Source: Chitinophagales bacterium
GTDB taxonomy: Bacteria > Bacteroidota > Bacteroidia > Chitinophagales > UBA8649
DNA length: 64,000 nt
Direction of reading: 5' to 3'
NCBI GenBank assembly: GCA_020635995.1
Contig: JACJYS010000009.1
Location: forward strand, 3,738-67,737
Shown one piece after another: positions 28,344 through 36,952 of this stretch. Every line of letters starts with the position of its first letter. Positions within the stretch are counted from its first letter, which is position 1. Both the position numbers and the translations under genes were made by a program. The notes under the pieces are model-generated. The model was not told the origin of the DNA, did no database searches, and was given only the letters and a program-made list of their open reading frames with translations.

Positions 28344-28455
28344 TTTTCCTATGGTCGGCATCTCTACCGCTTCTCACTTCTTTATAAACCAAATGTAAGC
28401 ATTTTTTTATATTTTGTAAAATACTCGTGCCACGACTCCAAGTCGTGGCACGAGT
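28344..28455. repeat. R repeat, copy R2 (112 bp), with the same palindrome arms but the complementary loop (CCA)
   Basis: TTTTCCTATGGTCGG...AACCAAATGTAAGCATTTTTTT...ACTCGTGCCACGAC-TCCAA-GTCGTGGCACGAGT. Confidence 0.8.
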
Positions 28456-28528
28456 ATGCTAATATATTCCAAAGAGGGCAGACCTCTTGGAGAATTTCTG
28501 TTAAATGTGTGAGGGGAAATATACAAAA

Positions 28529-28562
28529 CAAAAAAGCAGACCGATTAAAGTCTGCTTTTTTT
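28529..28562. terminator. Bidirectional rho-independent terminator downstream of aqpZ
   Basis: An A-run, GCAGAC (28536-28541), loop CGATTAAA, GTCTGC (28550-28555), then a T-run. Confidence 0.7.
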
Positions 28563-28582
28563 AGAATAATAGAGAAAAACGA

Positions 28583-29275
28583 TTAATCTTCTTTCTCAAA
28601 TATTTTATATACTACACCTGCTAAAGCTGCACCCGCTATTGGAGCTACAATAAACAACCAAAGTTGAGCTAATGCAGGACCTCCCACAAAAACTGCTTGG
28701 CTTATACTTCTTGCCGGGTTAACAGACGTATTGGTTACGGGGATACTAATAAGGTGTATTAATGTTAAACACAAACCTATAGCTAAACCGGCAAAACCAG
28801 CCGGAGATTTAGGGTAAGTAGAACCTAAAATGACAATTAAAAACATAAATGTCATAACAAACTCCGTTATTAAAGCTGCCGTCATGCCATAGCCACCAGG
28901 AGAATGTTCTCCATACCCGTTAGTTGCAAAAGCTCCTATATCAGAACCATTACCCGTAACAATTAAAAATAGTATGGCTGCTCCTACCAATCCACCAAAA
29001 ATTTGAGCAATTATGTAAGGGATAGTATCTTTAGCTCCAAAACGACCACCAACAACCAAACCTACTGTAACGGCAGGGTTTAAATGAGCACCGGAAACAT
29101 GTCCTAAAGAATAAGCAATAGTAACTACTGTAAGACCAAAAGCTAAAGCTACTCCTACAAAGCCAATGCCTAAAGGATTGCCATCTCCGCCAAAATTGGC
29201 TGCTAACATTGCACTTCCACATCCACCTAATACCAACCACATGGTACCTATAAATTCTGCTAAGTATTTTTTCAT
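28583..29275 (-). CDS. aqpZ: Aquaporin Z
   Basis: Two NPA boxes (HLNPAVT and VNPARS) and six TM helices. Confidence 0.92.
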   Translation of the reverse strand: MKKYLAEFIGTMWLVLGGCGSAMLAANFGGDGNPLGIGFVGVALAFGLTVVTIAYSLGHVSGAHLNPAVTVGLVVGGRFGAKDTIPYIIAQIFGGLVGAAILFLIVTGNGSDIGAFATNGYGEHSPGGYGMTAALITEFVMTFMFLIVILGSTYPKSPAGFAGLAIGLCLTLIHLISIPVTNTSVNPARSISQAVFVGGPALAQLWLFIVAPIAGAALAGVVYKIFEKED

Positions 29276-29368
29276 ATTATTTTTGTTTTAGTTTAGAAAA
29301 ATAGTTTTAACAGGTATGAATATACTAAATATTGTGCCAATTTTTTAAAAAGTGTTAAATAATACCAA

Positions 29369-29432
29369 TTGTCAACACAAAATAGATTAGACTATTTTGT
29401 GTTTTACAATGGTAAATGCCGATAGAGCAATA
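29369..29432. repeat. Repeat family C, copy 1 (64 bp, hairpin-containing)
   Basis: ACACAAAATAG-ATTAGA-CTATTTTGTGT hairpin plus the flank ACAATGGTAAATGCCGATAGAGCAATA. An inverted copy lies at 38826-38890. Confidence 0.75.
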
Positions 29433-30055
29433 TATTTAGTACAATAAGGTGCAACCGAAATTGGACTATTATATATTCCTAATCGGTATAATTCCAATTA
29501 TCAAACGAACGTCATTGCAAACGGAGTGAAGTAACCTGTGATTATCACTCAAATTTTTTTACTTGATTGAGATTGCCACAAAAATTATTCTTTCGTCATA
29601 ATTTTCTCGCAAAGACGTGCTTGTATCGGTTCGTCTTTGCGAACGGATACAAGCAATCTACGAATCTGTAGTTTTTATCAATAGGGTTAATAGCCTGATT
29701 TGGATGTAACCTGTCAGGTTATTCCTCGGTTATTGTAGAGATTGCCTGACTGCCGAAGGCAGGCTTCGTTCGTGCCTCATTCGCAAAGACGTTTTTCTGT
29801 TGGAAGTACTAGTGCTACGGCTTGTAGTTGTGACACGAGTGTAGAACACTCAAAGCATCCTTTCAGGGCAAATAAAATGGCATACTATTAACCATAGAAG
29901 GGTAGAACTTTGTGTTTTTTGAGACATTGCGAGAAAACAAAATTGGATAGTATAAAATGAGATGTAGGACTACAACAGGCAGGCATCTTATCGTCTGCAA
30001 GACGAGCCAGCATAGTATATAGAATAACGAACAAGATAAAAAAAATTAAACAAAT

Positions 30056-30077
30056 GATTAAAACATTAGTTTAAATC
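30056..30077. promoter_or_regulatory. Candidate TetR operator (imperfect 9-bp inverted repeat)
   Basis: GATTAAAAC-ATTA-GTTTAAATC (8/9 complementary) sits just upstream of the -7 box of the tetR-led operon. Confidence 0.3.
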
Positions 30078-30090
30078 AAAAAAATAGTTT

Positions 30091-30098
30091 TATATTTG
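30091..30098 (+). promoter_or_regulatory. Candidate -7 box TATATTTG for the tetR/efflux operon
   Basis: Matches TAnnTTTG, 20 nt upstream of the ATG at 30118. Confidence 0.45.
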
Positions 30099-30117
30099 CA
30101 CCCAATAAGTATTAAAA

Positions 30118-30741
30118 ATGGCTAAAAAGAAAGCGGAAATAGACAGTAGTACTGAAGATAAAATAAAAGAAGCGGCTAAAATTGTTTTTCATAAAAAAGG
30201 TTTTTCTGCTACTCGCACAAGAGATATAGCCGAAGAATCGGGAATTAATTTGGCTTTGATAAACTATTATTTCAGAAGTAAATCAAAACTTTTTGAAATT
30301 ATTATGTTAGAAACAATGCTTACCTTTTTTCAAAGTATGGTAAATGTTTTAAATAATGAAAAGACCTCATTGAAAGACAAAGCAGAAATATTTGCAGCAC
30401 AATATATAGACTTAATATCTAAAAATCCTGAAATACCAACTTTTATAGTTAGCGAAATAAGAAATAACCCCAAAATATTAATGGATAAAATTTCATTAAA
30501 AAATATTTTGCTAAACTCTGTTTTTATTCAACAATTTAAAGAAGCGGTTAAAAAAGAAGAAATAAAAGAACACAATCCGCTACATTTTATATTAAATATG
30601 TTGTCTTTAGTGGTTTTCCCATTTATAGCTAAGCCTATGATAATGTATGGTGCAGGATTAAGTGAAACAAATTTTGAACAACTGATGGAAGAAAGAAAAA
30701 AAATGATTCCGATATGGATGGAATTTATGTTTAAAAAATAA
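30118..30741 (+). CDS. TetR/AcrR-family transcriptional regulator
   Basis: N-terminal HTH FHKKGFSATRTRDIAEESGINLALINYYFRSK. Confidence 0.88.
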   Translation: MAKKKAEIDSSTEDKIKEAAKIVFHKKGFSATRTRDIAEESGINLALINYYFRSKSKLFEIIMLETMLTFFQSMVNVLNNEKTSLKDKAEIFAAQYIDLISKNPEIPTFIVSEIRNNPKILMDKISLKNILLNSVFIQQFKEAVKKEEIKEHNPLHFILNMLSLVVFPFIAKPMIMYGAGLSETNFEQLMEERKKMIPIWMEFMFKK

Positions 30742-30768
30742 TGATTTAATACTAATAATAAAAGGTTT

Positions 30769-32046
30769 ATGACAAAACTAAAAAATATAAAAAATATAGC
30801 AGTAATATTGTTTTTGTTTTTGAATATTAATATTGTATCGGCACAAAATACGGTATTGTATTTAGATAGTTGCTATGCAATGGCTAATCGGAATTATCCA
30901 TTAATAAGCCAATTTAATTTACTTGAAAAATCTAAAGAATACTCTATAGATAATGCCAATAAAGGATATTTGCCTCAGTTGGGCATCTATGGTCAGGCTA
31001 CTTATCAATCTGAAGTTACGCAGGTACAAATTCCTTTGCCAAATGTGGATATTCCTAAAATAAGTAAAGACCAATATAAACTTTATGGGGAAGTGGTGCA
31101 ACCTATTACCGATTTGTTTAACCTAAAAAATCAAAAAGAAGTAATAAAAGCAAATTATCAAGTAGAAGAGCAAAAAATAGAAGTGGAACTGTACAAACTA
31201 CACGAACGCATTAATAATTTATTTTTTGGAATACTACTAATAGATGCTCAAAATGAACAAGTTAACTTATTGATAAAAGATATTAAAGTAGGTATTAATA
31301 AATTAAATGCGGCTATAGAAAATGGTGTGGCGGTACAAAGTGATGCCGATAATTTAAAAGCTGAATTGTTAAAAGCCAATCAAAAAATAATAGAATTAGA
31401 TGTTAACAGAAAAGCTTTTACTCAAATGTTATCTCATTTTATAGGTACAGAAATAACAGAAAGTACCGAATTAGTAAAACCGCAATTTCAAATAAATACC
31501 AACGAAATAAACCGACCGGAACTCTTAATGTTTGAAATGCAAGAAAAAACTTTTGATGCACAGAAAAAACTCATAAATGCAAAGGTTTTGCCTTATTTTA
31601 ATTTGTTTTTTCAAGGTGGAGTAGGTCGCCCTGCATTAAATATGCTAAGCAATGATTTAGACGGATATTATATAACCGGTTTGAGATTAAACTGGAGAAT
31701 TTCCAATTTTTATACATTTAAAAAGGAAAAGAAAATAGTGGATTTGAATAAGCAAGGTGTTGATATACAAAGACAAATGTTTTTGTTTAATACCAATTTA
31801 TTATTGCAACAACAAAATTCGGAAATTGACAAATATCTTCAGTTAATAAATACGGATAATGATATTATAAGTTTAAAAGAAAATGTGAAAAACACTACTA
31901 AAAATCAATTAGAATACGGTACAGCCACTTCAAATGATTATGTAACAGCGGTAAATGCTCAAAATCAAGCTCAGCAAAATTTAGCTTTGCATAAAATACA
32001 GTTGCTAATGGCTCAGTACAATTATAAAACAACTCTTGGAAATTAA
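30769..32046 (+). CDS. TolC-family outer-membrane efflux protein
   Basis: Signal peptide and a two-repeat coiled-coil/beta pattern. Its position in an efflux operon fits. Confidence 0.8.
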   Translation: MTKLKNIKNIAVILFLFLNINIVSAQNTVLYLDSCYAMANRNYPLISQFNLLEKSKEYSIDNANKGYLPQLGIYGQATYQSEVTQVQIPLPNVDIPKISKDQYKLYGEVVQPITDLFNLKNQKEVIKANYQVEEQKIEVELYKLHERINNLFFGILLIDAQNEQVNLLIKDIKVGINKLNAAIENGVAVQSDADNLKAELLKANQKIIELDVNRKAFTQMLSHFIGTEITESTELVKPQFQINTNEINRPELLMFEMQEKTFDAQKKLINAKVLPYFNLFFQGGVGRPALNMLSNDLDGYYITGLRLNWRISNFYTFKKEKKIVDLNKQGVDIQRQMFLFNTNLLLQQQNSEIDKYLQLINTDNDIISLKENVKNTTKNQLEYGTATSNDYVTAVNAQNQAQQNLALHKIQLLMAQYNYKTTLGN

Positions 32047-32070
32047 AAACAACTAAAAAATATTGACAAA

Positions 32071-32976
32071 ATGAAAAATCATAAATTATTCTTATTCTCA
32101 ATTATAGCATCTTTTATTGCATTATCATCATGCAATAATGAAGATAGAGATTTTGATGCATCGGGTTCTTTTGAAGCGGTAGAAACTATTATTTCGGCAG
32201 AAGCAATGGGGACTATTAAAGAATTAAATATAGAAGAAGGGCAGGAGCTAAAAGAAAACCAGTATATAGGTTATATAGATACAACACAGCTTTCTTTAAA
32301 GAAAAAACAAGTAGATGCTCAAATAAAATCTATTTTAAGCAAAAGACCAAATGTTTCAGTGCAATTATCGGCATTACAGCAGCAGCTAAAAACTGCCGAA
32401 ACAGAAAGAAACAGATATGCCAATTTAGTAAAAGAAAATGCTGCTCCTTCAAAACAATTAGACGATATTAATGCTAATATTGAAGTGATTAAAAAGCAAA
32501 TAGAAGCTCAAAAATCGGCATTAGAAATAACTAATCAAGGTATAGGAAATGATGCTTTGTCTTTATTTGTTCAGCAAGAACAGTTAAATGACCAAATTGC
32601 AAAATCAATACTTATTAATCCGGTAAAAGGTACGGTGCTTACAAAATTTGCCGAAACTAATGAAATGGCAGCCATGGGCAAACCATTGTATAAAATTGCA
32701 GATTTATCTACCATAATTTTGAGAACCTATATTAGTGGCAATCAGCTACCGCAAATAACGCTAAACCAAAAAGTAAAAGTTTATACCGATGATGGTAATG
32801 GCGGTTTTAAAGAAACCGAAGGCACTATAACTTGGATAAGCAATAAAGCAGAATTTACACCTAAAACTATACAAACAAAGGATGAAAGAGCTAATATGGT
32901 TTACGCTGTAAAAATAAATGTAGTTAATGACGGCACATACAAAATAGGTATGTATGGCGAAATAAATTTTAATTAA
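32071..32976 (+). CDS. HlyD/YbhG-like periplasmic adaptor lipoprotein
   Basis: ALSSC lipobox, a long coiled-coil, and a C-terminal beta-barrel (TPKTIQTKDERANMVYAVKI). Confidence 0.85.
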   Translation: MKNHKLFLFSIIASFIALSSCNNEDRDFDASGSFEAVETIISAEAMGTIKELNIEEGQELKENQYIGYIDTTQLSLKKKQVDAQIKSILSKRPNVSVQLSALQQQLKTAETERNRYANLVKENAAPSKQLDDINANIEVIKKQIEAQKSALEITNQGIGNDALSLFVQQEQLNDQIAKSILINPVKGTVLTKFAETNEMAAMGKPLYKIADLSTIILRTYISGNQLPQITLNQKVKVYTDDGNGGFKETEGTITWISNKAEFTPKTIQTKDERANMVYAVKINVVNDGTYKIGMYGEINFN

Positions 32977-32997
32977 ACATAGCACTTTTTAGCAGTG

Positions 32998-33909
32998 ATG
33001 GACGTAGTTTTAAACAACATATCAAAATCTTATAACAAAGGCGAAGTTAAAGCAGTAAAAGATGTTTCTTTTTCTGTAAATGAAGGCGAATTGTTTGGAT
33101 TAATAGGTCCGGACGGAGCAGGTAAAAGTACTATTTTTAGAATATTAACAACCTTACTTTTGCCCGATAGTGGCACAGCACAAGTAAATGGTTTTGATGT
33201 ACAAAAAGAGTTTAAAGAAATAAGAAAAAGAGTAGGCTATATGCCGGGAAAATTCTCTTTATACCAAGACTTAACCGTAGAGGAAAACTTAAACTTTTTT
33301 GCTACGGTATTTAATACCAGCATTGAAGAAAACTACGATTTAATAAAGGACATTTACATACAAATAGAGCCTTTTAAAGATAGGAGAGCAGGCAAGCTAT
33401 CGGGAGGAATGAAACAAAAATTGGCTTTGTGCTGCGCGTTAATTCACCGCCCGTCAGTATTGTTTTTAGACGAACCTACTACTGGCGTAGATGCCGTTTC
33501 TCGGAAAGAGTTTTGGGAAATGCTAAAACGCTTAAAACATCAAGGTATAACTATTTTAGTTTCAACTCCTTATATGGACGAAGCTACACTGTGCGAACGC
33601 ATTGCTTTAATACAAAATGGTAGTATTATGTCTATAGATACACCTGCCAAAATAATAGAGCAATATCCCGATAAATTGTTTGCCATAAAAGCTAATAATA
33701 TGAGTAAGTTGCTGAATAATTTGAAAATGAACGAGCTTATAAAAAGCTGCAATGCTTTTGGAGAGTATCATCACATTACGCTAAAAAATGAAAATGATAT
33801 TAAACTGCAAAATCAATTAATTGAGCAGCTAAAATTAAGTGGAAATGAAGAAATTGAAATTAAAACAATAGAACCTACTATTGAAGATTGTTTTATTAAT
33901 TTAATGTAA
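32998..33909 (+). CDS. ABC transporter ATP-binding protein (first half of a YbhF-like pair)
   Basis: Walker A GPDGAGKST, signature LSGGMKQK, Walker B VLFLDEPT. Confidence 0.9.
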   Translation: MDVVLNNISKSYNKGEVKAVKDVSFSVNEGELFGLIGPDGAGKSTIFRILTTLLLPDSGTAQVNGFDVQKEFKEIRKRVGYMPGKFSLYQDLTVEENLNFFATVFNTSIEENYDLIKDIYIQIEPFKDRRAGKLSGGMKQKLALCCALIHRPSVLFLDEPTTGVDAVSRKEFWEMLKRLKHQGITILVSTPYMDEATLCERIALIQNGSIMSIDTPAKIIEQYPDKLFAIKANNMSKLLNNLKMNELIKSCNAFGEYHHITLKNENDIKLQNQLIEQLKLSGNEEIEIKTIEPTIEDCFINLM

Positions 33910-33912
33910 TTG

Positions 33913-34656
33913 ATGGATAAAGAAATTGTAATATCAACTCATAAGCTAACTAAGCAATTTGGAGATTTTGTAGCTACCAATCAAATAACTTTTGATGTGT
34001 ATAAAGGCGAAATTTTTGGATTTTTAGGAGCAAATGGAGCAGGAAAAACAACAGCTATGCGTATGCTTTGTGGCTTGAGTGTTCCTTCTTCTGGCGAAGC
34101 TACAATAGCAGGTTTTGACATATATAAGCAAACCGAAGAAATAAAGAAAAATATAGGCTATATGAGTCAGAAATTTTCTTTGTACGAAGATTTAACCGTG
34201 GTAGAAAATATTAATTTTTTTGGTGGCATATATGGTTTGAGTGATAAACAGTTAAAAACCAAAAGTGAACAATTAATACAAACTTTGGGTATGCAAGATT
34301 TGAGTAAAAAATTAGTAGGTAGTTTGCCTTTAGGTTGGAAACAAAAACTTGCTTTTTCGGTAGCCATTTTGCACGATCCTAAAATTGTATTTTTAGATGA
34401 ACCCACAGGAGGTGTTGACCCCGTAACAAGGCGGCAGTTTTGGGACATGATTTATAATGCCTCAGACAGGGGAATAACTGTTTTTGTTACCACACATTAT
34501 ATGGACGAAGCAGAATATTGCAACCGAGTTTCTATGATGGTAGATGGTGTTATAAAAGCATTAGATAGCCCTATAAATTTAAAAAAACAGTATAATGCAG
34601 CCTCTATGGATGAAGTATTTTTTGAATTAGCAAGAGGAGCAAAAAGAAGCGAATAG
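33913..34656 (+). CDS. ABC transporter ATP-binding protein (second half of a YbhF-like pair)
   Basis: Walker A GANGAGKTT, a degenerate signature LPLGWKQK, Walker B IVFLDEPT. Confidence 0.9.
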   Translation: MDKEIVISTHKLTKQFGDFVATNQITFDVYKGEIFGFLGANGAGKTTAMRMLCGLSVPSSGEATIAGFDIYKQTEEIKKNIGYMSQKFSLYEDLTVVENINFFGGIYGLSDKQLKTKSEQLIQTLGMQDLSKKLVGSLPLGWKQKLAFSVAILHDPKIVFLDEPTGGVDPVTRRQFWDMIYNASDRGITVFVTTHYMDEAEYCNRVSMMVDGVIKALDSPINLKKQYNAASMDEVFFELARGAKRSE

Positions 34657-34658
34657 AG

Positions 34659-35792
34659 ATGAGTAAAAAGATATTTTCATTTTTTGATTCCCAGTTTTGG
34701 GCGTTTGTAAAAAAAGAGTTTTATCATGTTTTTAGAGATAAAAAAACCTTGTTATTACTTTTTGGAATGCCTGTGGCACAAATATTAATTTTTGGTTTTG
34801 CCCTTACTAATGAAATAAAAAACTCAAAAATAGTAGTGTGCGATTATGCTAATGACATAAGTTCTCATGAAATTATTAATAAAATAGAAGCCAGTAAGTA
34901 TTTTGAAGTAGAAAAATCATTGTTGAGTCATAGTGAAATAGAAAGTGCATTTAAAACAGGAAAAGTGAAGTTGGCAATAGTTTTTCCTGCTAATTTTAAT
35001 GATGATTTAGCACACTTAAATAAAGCACAAATTCAAATTATAGCCGATGCTTCGGACCCAAATACTGCCAATACTTTAAGTACTTATGCTATGGGCATAA
35101 TAATGGACTATCAGCAGCAGTTAATGAACGGAGCTTCTGTGCCTATGCAAATAACTACAGATTTACGCATGATTTATAATCCCGAGCTTAAAGGAGTATA
35201 TAATTTTGTGCCCGGAGTAATGGCTTTAGTTTTACTTTTAGTGTGTGTGCTTATGACTTCGGTTTCTATAGTTAGAGAAAAAGAATTAGGAACTATGGAA
35301 GTTTTGTTGGTTTCTCCATTTAACCCCGTTATGGTAGTAATAGCTAAAGCTGTTCCTTATTTTATTTTGTCGCTTATTAATCTTACCGTTATTTTATTGT
35401 TGAGCTCGTTTGTTATGGGCATGCCTATAAATGGGAGCTTGGCATTGCTTTATTTTTCCAGTTCTATTCTTATATGTACGGCTTTAGCTTTAGGTTTATT
35501 AATATCTAATTTAACCGACAGCCAAGAAACAGCTATGCTACTTTCATTAATGGGAATGCTACTGCCTACGGTTTTATTTACAGGATTTATGTTTCCTTTA
35601 GAAAATATGCCTTTGCCTTTGCAATATATATCTAATCTTATTCCTTCAAAATGGTATTATATAATTGTAAAATCTATAATGATAAAAGGTTTAGGTATAA
35701 AAGCAATATGGAAAGAGTTGCTAATTCTTACTGGAATGACAGTGTTTTTGTTATTGGTAAGTATTAAAAAATTTAAAACCCGTTTAGAATAA
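34659..35792 (+). CDS. ABC-2 type permease (YbhS/YbhR-like)
   Basis: N-terminal TM segment, a large loop, and a C-terminal five-TM ABC-2 domain. Confidence 0.85.
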   Translation: MSKKIFSFFDSQFWAFVKKEFYHVFRDKKTLLLLFGMPVAQILIFGFALTNEIKNSKIVVCDYANDISSHEIINKIEASKYFEVEKSLLSHSEIESAFKTGKVKLAIVFPANFNDDLAHLNKAQIQIIADASDPNTANTLSTYAMGIIMDYQQQLMNGASVPMQITTDLRMIYNPELKGVYNFVPGVMALVLLLVCVLMTSVSIVREKELGTMEVLLVSPFNPVMVVIAKAVPYFILSLINLTVILLLSSFVMGMPINGSLALLYFSSSILICTALALGLLISNLTDSQETAMLLSLMGMLLPTVLFTGFMFPLENMPLPLQYISNLIPSKWYYIIVKSIMIKGLGIKAIWKELLILTGMTVFLLLVSIKKFKTRLE

Positions 35793-36916
35793 TGAGAACA
35801 CTGAAAATATTGCTAAAAAAAGAATTCCGACAAATTCTTAGAAATACCACTATTTTACGATTAATAATAGCCATGCCTGTTATTCAATTACTAATATTGC
35901 CTATGGCGGCAGATTATGAAATTAAAAACATCAATATTTCAGTTGTTGACCACGACCATAGTACTTATTCTCAAAAACTAATAGATAAAATATTTGCTTC
36001 GGGATATTTTCAGCTAAATGATTATAGCAATTCTTTTGATGAATCTTTTCAAGAGTTTCAGCACGATAATTCGGATATTATTATAGAAATACCACAAAAT
36101 TTTGAGAAAGATTTATTGGTAGAAAGTAAATCAAGTTTATTTCTTGCCGCTAATTCAATAAATGGAGTTAAAGCATCGGTGGGTTCGGCATATTTAAGTA
36201 GTATTATTAGAAATTTTAATTCTGAAATACAGGTAGATTACATACAAACTAATAATAAGCCGGTTTCAATGCAGCAAATTGAAGTAGTAAATATTAATTG
36301 GTTTAATCCATATTTGAATTATACTCTTTTTATGGTTCCGGGTATTTTAGTACTTTTAGTTACTATGGTGGGAGCCTATATGAGTGCTTTAAATATTGTA
36401 AAAGAAAAAGAAATAGGAACTATAGAGCAAATAAATGTTACACCGGTTAAAAAGATTTATTTTTTATTAGGAAAACTTATTCCGTTTTGGATTATAGGCA
36501 TTCTTGTGTTTAGTTTGGGTTTATTTGGTATAGCAAGGATAGTATATCATATAGTACCGGTAGGTTCGCTACTTTTACTATATTCCTTTTTAGGTATTTA
36601 TTTAGTGGTAATGTTGGGCATAGGTTTATTAATATCTACCTATAGCGAAACGCAGCAGCAAGCCATGTCTTTAGCTTTCTTTTTTATGATGATATTTATA
36701 TTGATGGGAGGTTTGTTTACCCCAATAGATAGTATGCCGGTATGGGCACAATGGATAGCACATTTGAATCCTGTTACTTATTTTATAGAAGTAGTGCGTA
36801 TGGTAGTGCTAAAAGGTAGTAATTTTATGGATATTAAATTTCACTTTTTAATAATGTTTTGCATGGCTATATTTTTCAACGTATGGTCGTTACTAAATTA
36901 TAAGAAAATTTCTTGA
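35792..36916 (+). CDS. ABC-2 type permease (YbhS/YbhR-like)
   Basis: Paralog of the preceding ORF. Its start overlaps the previous stop. Confidence 0.85.
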   Translation: MRTLKILLKKEFRQILRNTTILRLIIAMPVIQLLILPMAADYEIKNINISVVDHDHSTYSQKLIDKIFASGYFQLNDYSNSFDESFQEFQHDNSDIIIEIPQNFEKDLLVESKSSLFLAANSINGVKASVGSAYLSSIIRNFNSEIQVDYIQTNNKPVSMQQIEVVNINWFNPYLNYTLFMVPGILVLLVTMVGAYMSALNIVKEKEIGTIEQINVTPVKKIYFLLGKLIPFWIIGILVFSLGLFGIARIVYHIVPVGSLLLLYSFLGIYLVVMLGIGLLISTYSETQQQAMSLAFFFMMIFILMGGLFTPIDSMPVWAQWIAHLNPVTYFIEVVRMVVLKGSNFMDIKFHFLIMFCMAIFFNVWSLLNYKKIS

Positions 36917-36952
36917 TAAGAGCAAATCATAGGAATTTTATACCTTAGCTTT

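Noticed and set aside
27380-28455. Reading the R palindromes as integron attC sites, making this a CALIN-type cassette array.
   Set aside because: There is no integrase in the window. The palindromes are perfect, without the extrahelical bases or R/L box asymmetry of attC. They also sit upstream, not directly downstream, of the hydrolase ORF. I kept this as a cassette-like repeat only.
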